A stretch of 64,000 bases of DNA from Octopus bimaculoides (GCF_001194135.2 NC_068982.1:130078510-130142509), one strand, 5' to 3'. Numbered from the stretch's first letter, positions 12,067 to 24,650 are shown. Notes: a model not told the origin generated them from the letters alone. Program-made: numbers and translations.

Positions 12067-12298
12067 GGTGGTTGTCTACTCCTTAAACAGAGTTTGACCA
12101 CCTCCTGCACCTACACCTTAGCCCTTTCATGGCGTCTGATGTAGCTTTTTAAACCAGACAGTGTTTTGAAAAAACACCCACACAGATTGCACCTCTGATT
12201 TGCACTACCAATACCTGCAAGTAAGTTCTGCTCATTGTGGATCCTAACATGTCTTTTAAGACCTCCATTGGATTTGCAAACCCTCTGGCACACACCAT
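12067..12298 (-). mobile_element. 3' end of RTE-type LINE with two C2H2-like fingers
   Basis: CQRVCKSNGGLKRHVRIH...CNLCGCFFKTLSGLKSYIRRHERAKV* then a short 3' UTR running into (TA)n; C-terminal C..CGR.CKS..GL..H motif is typical of RTE ORF2. Confidence 0.6.
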
Positions 12299-12740
12299 AT
12301 AAATAGTTTCTCCTTATTTTTTGGAAGAAATATTATTCCTAAATATAAAAATGATATTTTCTTAATGTGTGGAAGTCACCCAAAGGTATATTTCCGTGAC
12401 CTATTCATTGAAAAGTTGAGATATGCTGTCTAAATATTTATCTTGTCTTCGTAACGTAACGTGTCAGCCCTACCGCATATGCCTCACATATAATATAGAT
12501 TAATGATATACATTGATAGACAGATAGAAACATACATACAAAAAGGGGGCTAATGAAGTAACTGAGGTGGATCAATGACTTTAATTTAAATAAGTTGATA
12601 GGAGGTGATCTACTGACTGACGTACGCAAAAATTCGTCAAGGAAATGAAATTTACCTCTTGGAGAAAGAAAACAAATATCTAACGGCAAATGTTAGCGAC
12701 TTTCAAAGAAAAGGGGACATAATTTCAATATCTAAACAGC

Positions 12741-12818
<78 letters not shown>

Positions 12819-13167
12819 TAAATCTAATTTTTCATTTTGAATATTACAAAATGTCTAATAGAAAAAGCAAACTTTATAGTAACATTTTTGTATTTTGACT
12901 CGATATTTTATTCCGGAAATAATACGTATTACTATTTCAGTCTATGTAATCACATACACTAAATACAACAATTTCACAAGAATCGCAAAGAATAGTTCAG
13001 AAATACGAAGTGTGCTTTCTTTCATCCGAGGTAGTGAATAGCTAACACCTCATCACAGTGTAAAACTGAATTTTCTGGGATAGTGGACAGCAAGTGAATA
13101 ATCAAGTTGTCACTTTAAATTTCTCTTTTAAAACGTATTATTTGAGGAAGTTATTGATTTCAAGTGA

Positions 13168-13290
13168 TGGTGCGTGGCTTAGTGATTAAGATGTTGAGAC
13201 AACGTCGTAAAATCGTGGGTTCGATTCCCAGACCGAACGATGCGTTGAGTTCTTGAGTAAGGTACTTCGTTTCACTTATGGTGGACTGGC
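13168..13290 (+). mobile_element. tRNA-derived SINE head plus central-domain remnant (family C)
   Basis: GGTGCGTGGCTTAGTG...GGTTCGATTCCCAGACCG...GTTCTTGAGTAAGGTACTT. Confidence 0.6.
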
Positions 13291-14454
13291 GCTACTGCTC
13301 ACGCAGTTGCTTGTAAGTCACGGAAACCGGAATGACCGCCAACGTGATGGTCCTGTAGCGTAGAGACAGTCATATTGAAGGCAAATTCAGATTAAATAAT
13401 TATCTTAGTTCGTAACATTAAGAGAAGCAGTTCTTTCTAATCAGGATGTGCTAATTAAGTTAGACACAATCTGAGTCAAAATTAACCAAAATCTATAGAT
13501 TTCTATCTACATCTAATTTAACTTAAGCAATATAAAATACAGAAACTCTTTACTATAGTAGTAATACATGAATACATTGAGTCATATTCGTGTCATTTAA
13601 AGTTGACGTATTTTCTATTGCATAGCCTGAGTAAAGGAAATATACGCTTTATTACAATCAGTAGTTCGTTATCATTATACACTGCATTACACAAATTTTT
13701 TACTGCACTCTTTCTTTCTTTTTTCTTTTTTCTTTCTTTCCTTTTTTCTTTTTTTGTCACATTTCGACATTTTGTATGCTGGTTTTCGAGAGAGACCTGT
13801 GTGAAATGCATCTTAATGTTCTGGCTCTCAAAATTTTGCCTTCGATATTCAAACTTTGTTTTGCTTGTGAATCACACTGTCAAAGAGGATTTTAAAATGA
13901 AATTATCACAAAACGAGACCTTAATTGTTGTCATTATCGCCATTATCATAATTATCCTTAATTGACACATTATCAGCATATGAGGAGCATGGGAATTTCA
14001 GTACTTAATATATCAAATTTGTTCAAAGCCATTTATAGCATTGCTATTACAATAATGTGTTGATTTTGTTAGCCTTGCCAACACCGTTCACTCTATTTCG
14101 AACTCAAATAATTGTGAAGTTAACCTTATACTTTCGAATCTTTCACTATTGTATTGAATTGTCCGTAAAAGTATGGAATGATTAAATCTTACGCGCGGGA
14201 GCACACACTTATGCATTAATCTTCGTAAACATATAGACATTTTACGCACAAGCACTCGCACTAGTTAACACACGTGCATACGAGCGCACAAATGCATATT
14301 TGTATTTGGTATTGATTTCCTTGTTCATCTCAGCCCTTTGGTTATCGTTTACCAAGTAAGATGAAGGTTTAATTCGCCAATGTTTATTAACACAGGTATA
14401 AGACCCGACATTTAAATGATAGCTATTGTCGATGATATTGAGTTCAGTTCTTAG

Positions 14455-14580
14455 ATGCAACTTATTCTATCGATTCCGAAAGAATGAAAGGAGAAGTCGG
14501 CCTCAGTGAGATTTGAACTCAGAACGCAAATGTAAACCATAAAGCATTTGGTCAATCTGCTAATTATATTAATCCACCGC
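14455..14580 (-). mobile_element. SINE family A fragment
   Basis: TTATTCTATCGATTCCGAAAGAATGAAAGG...GTCGGCCTCAGTGAGATTTGAACTCAGAACG. Confidence 0.7.
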
Positions 14581-14778
14581 CTCTGTATTTGTTCTTACAT
14601 TGAAATCTCTCTTACTCTCTGTCTACACACATACACATGTACGTATGTATGCATGTATGTATGTATGTATGTATGTGTGTATGTGTGTATGTGTGTGTAT
14701 GTGTGTATATGTATGTGTGTATATGTATGTATTATGTATGTATGTATGTATGTGTGTGTATGTGTGTGTATGTGTGTG

Positions 14779-14849
<71 letters not shown>

Positions 14850-15431
14850 ATATGTATGTGTGTATATGTATGTATGCAACTGTGTATGTATTTATGGGGT
14901 GGCGGTCTACTGAAATTAATGCGAAAGTGAACATGACTGTTTCATTAACTGAAATAGGCCGTTCAAATTGCATATGCTGTTAGAATAACTCTTCTTCTAT
15001 AGAAAAATACTGCACAACATAGTTACTAACACATTTGATGCATTTACAACATCGCTGGACCCAATTAAAAAACGTCAGATATGCCCGCTGCTTCACATTT
15101 ACTTTTACCTTGTCTGTGTCACTGAACAGCCCAATTTGCCGATAGGCGGATTTGTTGCCAAAGATGTATGTGGTTACTACTGATCATGGTGAATGTGGAT
15201 CGTTTTCAGGTTCTTGTCCGGGTACATTCTCAATGTGGCTTCTCTACGCTATTTTAGTGTCTCAGTGTACCGCTCATAGCCATGTTCCAGAAAATGATAG
15301 CTAACGACGCTTTTGTCATCCCCCAAAACAGTCGAAATGACATTATTGACACAATACCTAGCAATGCTACAATGAATTTGAATTATACTATAAATGATAG
15401 AAGTAATTCTACTACTATTAATAATAATAAT

Positions 15432-15540
<109 letters not shown>

Positions 15541-15807
15541 TCATGTTAACAGGAACGACTCATGTACGAAGTGCAAAAAATCGTGTTAACTGGAACGACT
15601 CATGTACTGAGAAGAAGAGCATTATCGTTGTGAAAACAACATCCATTCATGAATTTATTTATTTATTAATTTCTTTTTAAATACATATTTTACCTGTGAA
15701 TTTGCGTGTGTAAACTGGGAATGCATACATTGGTGTACGGAAAACACTCGGCAAGAAATGGAAGAAAATTTGAAGAAAGAAAACAACAACAACAACAACA
15801 ACAACAA

Positions 15808-15867
<60 letters not shown>

Positions 15868-15869
<2 letters not shown>

Positions 15870-17212
15870 TGAAAGCAGCCTGCAGAGGATTGCAGTTACC
15901 ATCAAGAGAGACTTGGGTGAACCCGACGGTAGTGGGTATAGGTATTTAGGGCTTTTGGAGCTAGATGACATTCTATACAGAGAAATGAAAGTCAAAGTCA
16001 GCGAGGCGTATCAAAAAGGGTGAAGATGGCGTTGAAATCCAACCTGATTACCGCAATGACTACCTGGGCAGTTGCAGTTGTTAGATATAGTGCGTCCATC
16101 CTCAGATGGACTAAGGATGAAATATCAACACTGGATAAAAGAACGTGAAAGTTGATGACGCTGCATGGGGCGCTACACCCTAAAGCAAACGTAAACAGAC
16201 TGTATATGAAAAGAAAGAATGGTGGCAGAGGACTAATTAGTATAGACCATTGTATAAGGAGTGAAAGGAGAACCCTTGCCGAGTATTTGATAAATAGTGA
16301 TGAAGACCTGCTGCAATATGCCGCGAAAGATATGGGTATAAATGCAGATGAAATGATGGGCAAGGAGGAGTTTGACCAAAGAGCTGAGGAGAAGGGAAAA
16401 GAAGACCTTCTTGAAATGAGAATGCATGGACAGTTTGAAAGGAATACATAAGACGTTAAGGATAATACAGCATCGTGGGCATGGCTTGAGCGAGGTGATT
16501 TGCAGAGTATCACCGAAAGCCTGATCATTGCTGCACAAGATCAGGCTCTCGCTACCAATTCAGTGAAGTATAACATCTATAAAACTTCTAATACCCAGAA
16601 ATGCAGACTCTGTGGAAGAGTGTGGAAAATGTGACCCACTTGGTAAGTGGATGTGAGAGCCTTGCACTAAAAGAATACAAGCGCCGCCACGATAAAGTGT
16701 GTGTGTATCTTCATTGGCTCTTATGCCGTAAATACCAATATGAAGTTATGCAGGAGGATGGAAAAGTAAAGATACTCTGGGACTATGATTTTCAGACGAA
16801 CGTGTAATCGAACACCGTCGGCCGGATATTGTCATCTTGAAAAGAGAGACAAATACCGTCAGATCATTGACGTAGCCATACCAAATGACATGAATGTTGT
16901 GAGTAAAGAGGTTGAAAAAATCACCAAGAACTCCGAATTGAAAGTGAAAATGGCAAGACTGTATGGAATGCGAGAGGGTAATGTAAAAGTGATAACAATG
17001 GTGATCGGAGCGTTGGTCTCAATCCCATTGAAACTTCAAAACTTCTGAAGGCAACTGGAAATCCCATGCAAGATTGATGTCTTGCAAAAGGCAGCCTTAT
17101 TGGGCACAGCGCACATCTTAAGAAAAGTATTACCTGTCTGAGGTCCTTGTTGTGACTTGACAGATCACGAAAAACTCCGGTGCATTTTTACCTACACTGT
17201 ATAACGAAGGAA
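15868..17212 (+). mobile_element. 5'-truncated R4/Dong-type RLE non-LTR retrotransposon in a (TAA)n array; pseudogenised
   Basis: YRYLG, KRKNGGRGL, GDLQSITESLIIAAQDQAL, CCHC CRLCG...HLVSGC, KRRHDKV, ILWDYDFQT, RRPDIVIL, IIDVAIP, GAL, LQKAALLGTAHILRKVL; several stops and frameshifts; (TAA)n on both sides. Confidence 0.93.
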
Positions 17213-17232
17213 TAATAATAATAATGATGATG

Positions 17233-17306
<74 letters not shown>

Positions 17307-17389
17307 TCTAACTTGTTGTCTCTTGAGGTCTCTGGGTGAGACTTGGATCCAACTTGTACAAATGCAAAACAAAAGTCAAACATAAAATA
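17307..17389 (+). mobile_element. Short 3' UTR fragment of a second RLE-LINE ending in (TAA)n
   Basis: TGAGGTCTCTGGGTGAGACTTGGA resembles TGAGGTCCTTGTTGTGACTTGAC after the stop of the upstream element; bounded by TAA arrays. Confidence 0.55.
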
Positions 17390-17412
17390 ATAATAATAAT
17401 AATAATAATAAA

Positions 17413-17628
17413 ATATTCAGACAAATACATAACAAAAACACCAGGACTTACAAATATATATAACATACAGAAAATTGCACTACTGGGCATTGCACACATC
17501 CTAAGCAAAACACTTTCAATACAGTAACCATAAGAGCATCACAGCAAACCACAGCACATACCCAAGGCACACAGAGCTGCGCTCGGTAGTGAAGTGAAAG
17601 CACGTTATAAAAATAAAACTACTGATCA
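17413..17628 (+). mobile_element. 3' end of a third RLE-LINE family ending in (TAA)n
   Basis: KYSDKYITKTPGLTNIYNIQKIALLGIAHILSKTLSIQ* plus a different 3' UTR, then TAATAATAAT. Confidence 0.8.
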
Positions 17629-17689
17629 ATAATAATAATAGCAATAATATCCCTGGCTGCAACTGTAGGGTAAAATCCCATTTTTTTTA

Positions 17690-17937
17690 TGGAAGACCAG
17701 CAGTCGCCCATATATACCAGCCTCTCCTCTCCATGCCACCAATATTATCCAAGGGAAAGGCGAAGGCCGATACAGCTTGGCATCTGTGACGTCGCGACTC
17801 ATTTCTACAGCTGAGTGAACTGGAGTAATCTGAAATAAAGTGTCTTGCTCAAGAACACAACACGCAGCCCGGTCCGGGAATCGAACTCATAACCTCACGA
17901 TCGTACGCTCGATGCTCTGACCATTGAGCCTGCGCCT
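17690..17937 (-). mobile_element. tRNA-derived SINE with V/CORE-like central domain (family C variant)
   Basis: Reverse strand: GGCGCAGGCTCAATGG...GAGTTCGATTCCCGGACCGGG...GTTCTTGAGCAAGACACTTTA...CCAGTTCACTCAGCTG. Confidence 0.75.
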
Positions 17938-17942
17938 ACGTA

Positions 17943-17997
<55 letters not shown>

Positions 17998-19371
17998 ATA
18001 CATATACGCACGCACATGTTTCGCAGTTTTTAATGGCCTCCCTGCATCCTGTTTTAATGATGTCTAAAATAGGTTTTATTTAACCAGCCATTTATTTATA
18101 ATTTAATGTTTCCTGAACTGAACACTTCCTTATAAGGTAGTCAGTTAAGAGATTACATTCACTTTCAAAGTAATTTACTGAAAGTCGTTACACGCCTTTT
18201 GTCTTGCCTCTGTTAAGAAAAATACAACCTTTTATTTAAAGCGTCCTTGGCCGAAATTTCGTTTCGTCTAATGAGGTCTATCTTTTGCTTAGTTTCAGAC
18301 GGAAGTTTTAACTGGTTAAACCTACAAATAGCCTAGGCAATGTCCGTGTTGACATGACTGAACGGAAGCAGATGTATAAATATACGAGAATTTAAAAGTT
18401 TTCAATTTTATTTTTACATAAATTATCCATGAACACCAGGGTTAGTTTCTTCTATCGGAAAGCATTATGTAAAGAGTAGATAAAAACTAGGAGTTGCAAA
18501 AAGAAACAAACTTTCTGTTGTACATGATAATTTCTTTGGTGAGTTAAGATAACCGTCTTAAATGTCTAGATTATTAGGCTCATTATTTCGAGTGTCTTTT
18601 TAAATGTTTTATATCACATTTTAATCAATCTGATTGTCCTTGGGTACCCCATCGCTAAAGATATATATTTGAACTTTGTTAAATCTAGTCAAGAGAATAA
18701 GTAGGATTAGGGCATCTGAAACTGATTGGAAATTAAACTAATCGAAACAAGATTAAAAGGAAACTAGATGAATGAGTTTTAGTGTTTTTAATATTTAAAT
18801 AGTTTTCTCTTTTAACTTTATAACGAAATTTAATTATTTTCAATCTTGGTCAAAAGTATGATTACATTCATAAAAGCAGGCCTTTATGTGGTACCTGAAG
18901 AAGTAAAGAAAAAATAAGGGATCTATTTTATGATGAAAAAGACTTTAGTGTGGTGTTTAGTTATAAAGTCTAAGAAGGTAGTTCACAATATTAGATAGGC
19001 TGCATGGTAACCCACGTAGTTTATATTTACAAGTGTACATATAAGTTAATGTAATGAAACATTATTCATGAAACAACGAACATAATAGTTAGGAATCTGC
19101 TGTAACATACGAGAGATAATATTATAAAAGAAGTTTATAGTTACTGAAGACAAAATCAATAGAAATTAAAACTATTGCACATAACCATTGCACGTGATTC
19201 CACACTACTATTTAAAGTTGCTATCTTTTGTTGGATATGACAGAAGCATGTTAAATAGGAAAAAGTGAAAGGGGGTAAGAGACTAACTTAGTGAGAAAAG
19301 TGACATAGTTACCTCTTGACGTCAGAGGTAGAATTCACAAACATTTTATAACCGTAAACCAAATCTTCCAG

Positions 19372-19831
19372 AATCTGCCAAAAAGTTATTGGGTAGGAAA
19401 ACGTGCACACATCCTTTAAAGTTTACCAACCATAACAAGTTAGCCGGTACTGATTGGTCAAGCCATATTCATGTAAGTGTTAATGCATTTTACTGTGACA
19501 CATTGATTTGAGGTCCGATTGACCTGCAAAATGATTCATATTCATCTCTGACGAAATCGTAAATCTTTCTGGATAGTACAAACAGATAAATTTAACTAAC
19601 GTACCAACAGATATATTTAACTATCTTCCTGAGCGTGAATCCATTGCTACATATAACCCTAATTTAATCATTTTCTTTTGTTTTTGTACAGGACAATTCC
19701 ATTAATTGGTTAAAAAAATGTATACTTTGTAGTATCCAAAATATTCAATAGAATACAAAATTATGAAATTATGTTTCAACATTCATATATCATAATATAT
19801 AATGTAAATTAATTTTATCATTTGAAATAAA
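19372..19831 (+). other. Candidate spliced 3' end of a transcript (exon 19372-19472, intron 19473-19691, terminal exon to AATAAA 19826)
   Basis: CAT|GTAAGT donor, CTAAT branch point at 19659, TTTTCTTTTGTTTTTGTACAG|G acceptor, AATAAA; one open frame, no homolog recognised. Confidence 0.3.
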
Positions 19832-20026
19832 GTTTATTTAGGAGAAAAATATTTTTCTTAAAAAAACAGAAAAAAAGTATAGTCATTAAATGTTCGAAGA
19901 ATATGAAAAGAATACGAAATAAACACCCAATTTCTCTGTCAAGCTGCACATTTGCAAACATTTCAGTCAGTTCCAGCTCATTAAATGAATGAATAATAGT
20001 TTAATAGTTTTATAGGCTCAATGTGT

Positions 20027-20380
20027 GGAGGCGCAATGGCCTAGTGGTTAGGGCAGCGGACTCGCGGTCAAAAATTCGCGGTTTCGATTCCCAGACCGGG
20101 CGTTGTGAGTGTTTATTGAGCGAAAAAACACCTAAAGCTCCACGAGGCTCCGGCAGGGGATGGTGGCGGACCCTGCTGTACTCTTTCACCACAACTTTCT
20201 CTCACCCTTACTTCCTGCCTCTGTTGTGCCTGTAATTCAAAAAGGGCCAGCCTTGTCACACTGTGTTAAGGGTACACGTGTCTGTGGAGTGCTCAGCCAC
20301 TTGCACGTTAATTTCACGAGCAGGCTGTTCCGTTGATCGGATCAAATGGAACTCTCGACGTCGTAAGCGACGGAGTGCCA
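20027..20380 (+). mobile_element. tRNA-derived SINE (family C), near full length
   Basis: A box TGGCCTAGTGG, B box GGTTTCGATTCCC; tail GTGCTCAGCCACTTGCACGTTAATTTCACGAGCAGG...CGACGGAGTGCC shared with 50517-50792. Confidence 0.85.
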
Positions 20381-21187
20381 GCAGGCTCAAAGATATAACA
20401 ATAGAATTCCACTTACAACAATGTGCAGTGTGTACGAACAGATCTTGAAAACTTTGTTGATTCTTGTCTGTTTTCTGCACTTCAAATTCAGATCCTGTCG
20501 CGGGCAATTTTGCTTTTTATCATTTCGGGGTCAAACCTAGTATGGAGTTTGATTTTTCTTCTTCTTCTTCTTCTTCTTCTTCTTCTTCTTCTTCTTCTCT
20601 GTTTTTCTCTTTCTGTATTCTACCTATAATTCTTTATGTCAAGTTGATTTGGCATGAAAACCGAGAGTACTCATGTCTGTTTATTATTCAGCTACTTACA
20701 TATTGGTTTCATATGCAGCAATGTACTTTGTCGCACGACGGAATACTCATCATTGACACTGACTGGAGTCCTTCTATTACTTCTGCTATAAAATATATCA
20801 TCTCGAGCCAATATAAGAACGCGTTATTTCCTTCTCCCAAATTTGTGTCTTAAAACTTGCAAAATTTTCAGATGAAAAAATATTCCCAAAGGATGTGTTA
20901 TGCCTAGAGTCGCTGTACAGTTGGTATAGCTAGAGGTATTCTCCTTAATGTCGAGAACATCCAATGACAAGGAGTGGTGTATTTAAGAGCTGTTTATTAC
21001 TGTTTTGGAACATAAAACAGACCAGCTCCCAGTCGTTTTCCATCAATGAAATCTATCTCTATTTATTATTCTTTTATATCGAAGAATGTGAAGGATACTG
21101 TTACTTATTTATCTATCTATATTATCTCTCTGTCTCTGCCTGGTTGTTCTTTTGTTTGTCTGTCTATCTGTCTCACTTTCTCCTCTT

Positions 21188-21222
<35 letters not shown>

Positions 21223-21963
21223 NNNNNNNNNNNNNNNNNNNNNNNNNNNNNNNNNNNNNNNNNNNNNNNNNNNNNNNNNNNNNNNNNNNNNNNNNNNNNN
21301 NNNNNNNNNNNNNNNNNNNNNNNNNNNNNNNNNNNNNNNNNNNNTATATAGCTGTATTTATACATACATGCATGAATGACTATATATTTATGTATATACA
21401 AACATATATAAATATATGTGTGTGTGTGTTTGTGTGTGTGTGTGTTTGTGTGAGTGTGTGTGTGTGTGTTTGTGTGTGTGTAAGCATGTATGTGTGTATG
21501 ATTTATGTGTGTATGCGCATGCGCATTCGTGGGTACGTGACGAAGCAAACATATGAAGCAATTTCATTCGGAAGTGCTCGACGTTCCATCCATGATACGA
21601 TAACAACAGTTGCAGCTAGTCCAAAACTTTCCGTACGTCAACATGACGACGATAACGACGGCATAAAGTCTACGAATAATTTTCAGAATCTAAAATTAAT
21701 GATCGCATACCGAAGCAATCTGTTTATCACATTGAGGAGCCGTGTTGGGATCAGTGTTTTTTCTTTTCGCTAGACTGTAAATTTGCCTGAAACGACTTCT
21801 ACGTTCTATTTCTCATCAAGCTCTTACACACGGTCAACATTTTGTAGACACTACTCTGTGTATGTCTATATGTGTAGGTGCGTGCTTACGTGGATGGGTG
21901 TTGAGTACCTATTTGTATTTGTCTGTGTATATCTCTTTCCGTAGTCGTCTCGTACATTCTCTT

Positions 21964-22010
<47 letters not shown>

Positions 22011-22044
22011 TTCTCTCACTCTCTGAATGCATGCGCATGTATAA

Positions 22045-22104
<60 letters not shown>

Positions 22105-22106
<2 letters not shown>

Positions 22107-22520
22107 TTTTATTTTTTACTTGTCTCAGTCATTTTACAGCGGCCACGCTGGAGCACCGCCTTCGAGGGTTTTAGTCGAACAAATCGTTCCCAGGACTTAT
22201 TATTCTTAGTAAGCCTGGTACTTATTCTATCGGTCTCCTTTGCCGAACCGCTATGTGGAGACGTAAACACTCCAGCACCGATTGTCAAACGGTGATAGTG
22301 AGGGGACAAACACAGACACAAAGACATACACACAGATGCAAACATATACATGAATATATACGACAAGCTTTCAGTTTCCGTCTACCAAATCCACTCAAAA
22401 GGCTTTGGTCGTCTCGAGGCTATTGTAGAAGACACTTGCCCAAGATGCCACTCAGTGGGACTGAGCCCGGAAGCATGTGGTTAGGAAGCAAGCTTCTTAC
22501 CACACAGTCACGATCGCGCC
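22105..22520 (-). mobile_element. SINE family B, full length
   Basis: Reverse strand: GGCGCG...GTGTGGTAAGAAGCTTGCTTCC...GGTAGACGGAAACTGAAAG...AATGACTGAGACAAGTAAAA. Confidence 0.9.
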
Positions 22521-22759
22521 TATGTATAATGTATATATATATATCAATGAGTAAGTATGTATGTGTGTATGTTTTTATATGTATGTATGCATTAGGATAG
22601 CTGGATGAGACCATAGTTTGTAAATATATTCTTTTTCGTTTTCAGTACATCAATCGATATTGGTGAGGATTTGGTGTTTATGTGAGCAAGTTCTCAAGTT
22701 ATACATTTTGACATTGATGTTGAATTGGTTGAGAGAACACCTGACTTCAAGTAGGATCC

Positions 22760-23553
22760 CTAGGAGGGATCTCTTTTCTCTTCCGTCTCCACAACTGTTT
22801 CCTCTGATATTATCCTCTGTAGAGGGCAGTATGCTCTAATGTGGCTCTTTTGGCCACATTTAAAACACCGTGGTACCCTGCCCTCTACCCACACTCTCAG
22901 CACAATTTCCCCCAACGTCACCGTCTCTGCCAAACTCTGCAGTTGTCTCTCCTCCGCCTGTATAATTAGTTCTAGTATCTTCCCTTTCCACCCTCCTTCT
23001 TCCGTTTCTGTGGCCTGAAGGACAGCCACTTTCTCCTCACTTCCAACAAGGACAACCGCTGCCACCCAAGCCACTTCTATATTAGGTGGGATTGCTTCTA
23101 CCCTTACCTTAGATGTCTTTCTTCCAAGGTATGTGGGTAGAAGCACTACTTCCTCTGTTTTCACTGCCACACTCGCCAGCCTCCTCGCCTCCTCTACTGT
23201 CCTAAATTGGACGACCATTGTCCCATATCTCCTTCCTTTAGTTATGTATGTTATTTCTTTTGACCGCTCCCTTAGCGCCTTTTCCATTTCAGCTTCCACC
23301 TGCTCGGCCTTTTTTCCTTTTAACGAGAATACCTTATAGGTGATCATTTTTTATCTCCATCCGCTCCATAATTCCTTTGGGGTGGGGGGTGGGGGCACAA
23401 CCTCACGTCGCCGCCTACCTTCTGTACCATCTTCTCATATTCCTTCAGCCCAGCCAAGTCCAACTCCCTTCGCTTCATCTCCGTGGCCTCAGCAAAACTC
23501 CTTGTCTTCTCCAACATTCTGTCCATCTTTATGACCGCCCTTACCAGCTCCTC
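22760..23553 (-). pseudogene. ORF1 (gag-like, RRM-like plus CCHC knuckle) fragment of an L1/Tx1-type LINE
   Basis: ...KGRRYGTMVVQFRTVEEA...LPTYLGRKTSKVRVEAIP...RVWVEGRVPRCFKCGQKSHIRAYCP; frameshift near 23345; no ORF2 downstream. Confidence 0.75.
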
Positions 23554-23632
23554 GGGAAGCAATCTTCTTACCACACAGCCACTCCTGCGCGTACACAGCC
23601 ACTCCTGCGCGTACACAGCCACTCCTGCGCCT
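23554..23632 (-). mobile_element. SINE B 5' head with its first 20 bp triplicated, fused to the Tx1 ORF1 fragment
   Basis: ACACAGCCACTCCTGCGCGT x3 (23573-23632), then GGGAAGCAATCTTCTTACC joined directly to ORF1 sequence. Confidence 0.85.
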
Positions 23633-24110
23633 ATACGATATAGTTATATCAATTGACTAAATTGAAAGAGAGCTTAAATGATCACGTTTTACCCAGCCTT
23701 TCGAACCAAGATTTTCTTATATGTCTGTTAAAGAGAACAATCACTCACAGTGCTGATGTTACAACCAAGTAGATGATAACATTAACTAAAAAAGGCTTGA
23801 GTTTTATTGCGAAGAAGGGAATTAATTAGTGTGTCGTTAGTGGCTTTCTTAACAACCTTAGCGAAGATAAAATTCTGCAGCCCATGATGGTAACTGGGTC
23901 GCGGAATATATTTCAATCAGGAAATGTGTCCTTCAACAAGGAAACAGGTTCTTTTGATATACATACTACCATCATTATAATAATCTGATTAACATAAATT
24001 CTAAGTAACTAATGTAACACAACCGAATTTAATTAGATTGAAAACCGTTTTTTATACGAATTTCTTCACTTTTCCAAACGGCGGGTTATAATGCAGTAAG
24101 AAAGACTCAT

Positions 24111-24334
24111 CTTCTATCTTTTACTTGTTTCAGTCATTGGACTTCAGCCATGCTGAGGCACCACCTTGAAGGAGTTAGTTGAACAAATCGTCCCCGATTG
24201 TCAAGCGGTGGTGGGGAACAAACGCAAACACAAAATACACACATACATATACGACGGGCTTCTTTCAGTTTCCGTCTACCAAATCCTCTGAATCAGGAAC
24301 CATGTGGTTGGGAAGCAAACTTCTAATACACAGC
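24111..24334 (-). mobile_element. SINE family B, internally deleted
   Basis: CTTTTACTTGTTTCAGTCATT...CTTCTTTCAGTTTCCGTCTACCAAATCC...GGAACCATGTGGTTGGGAAGC. Confidence 0.85.
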
Positions 24335-24446
24335 TATATATTTCCATTTTTTATAGCTTTCTTCTGAATAAAAGGTAAGGGACTCGAGAGTTTACATTTC
24401 TTTTTGTGCTTTAGTTTCTAATGTGGCTAATATTCTTTTCGACTAT

Positions 24447-24650
24447 AGGTACAAGGCCCGAAATTTTTGGGGAGGTGGAGTCAGTCGATTACATCGAACC
24501 CAATGCGTAACTGGTACTTAATTTATCGACCCCGAAAGAATGAAAGGCAAAGTCGACCTCGACAGAATTTGAACTCAGAACGTAACAGCAGAAGAAATAC
24601 CGTTAAGCATTTCGCCCGGCGTGCTAACGTTTCCGCCAGCTTGCCGCCTC
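24447..24650 (-). mobile_element. SINE family A, young, with 16-bp TSD
   Basis: Full consensus; TSD TAATGTGGCTAATATT at 24419-24434 and 24652-24667. Confidence 0.92.

Noticed and set aside
12111-12293. Host C2H2 zinc-finger gene
   Set aside because: No TGEKP linkers, second finger lacks a His, and it ends like a LINE 3' terminus
23573-23632. CRISPR-like repeats
   Set aside because: Three contiguous 20-mers with no spacers, identical to the SINE B head; eukaryotic context
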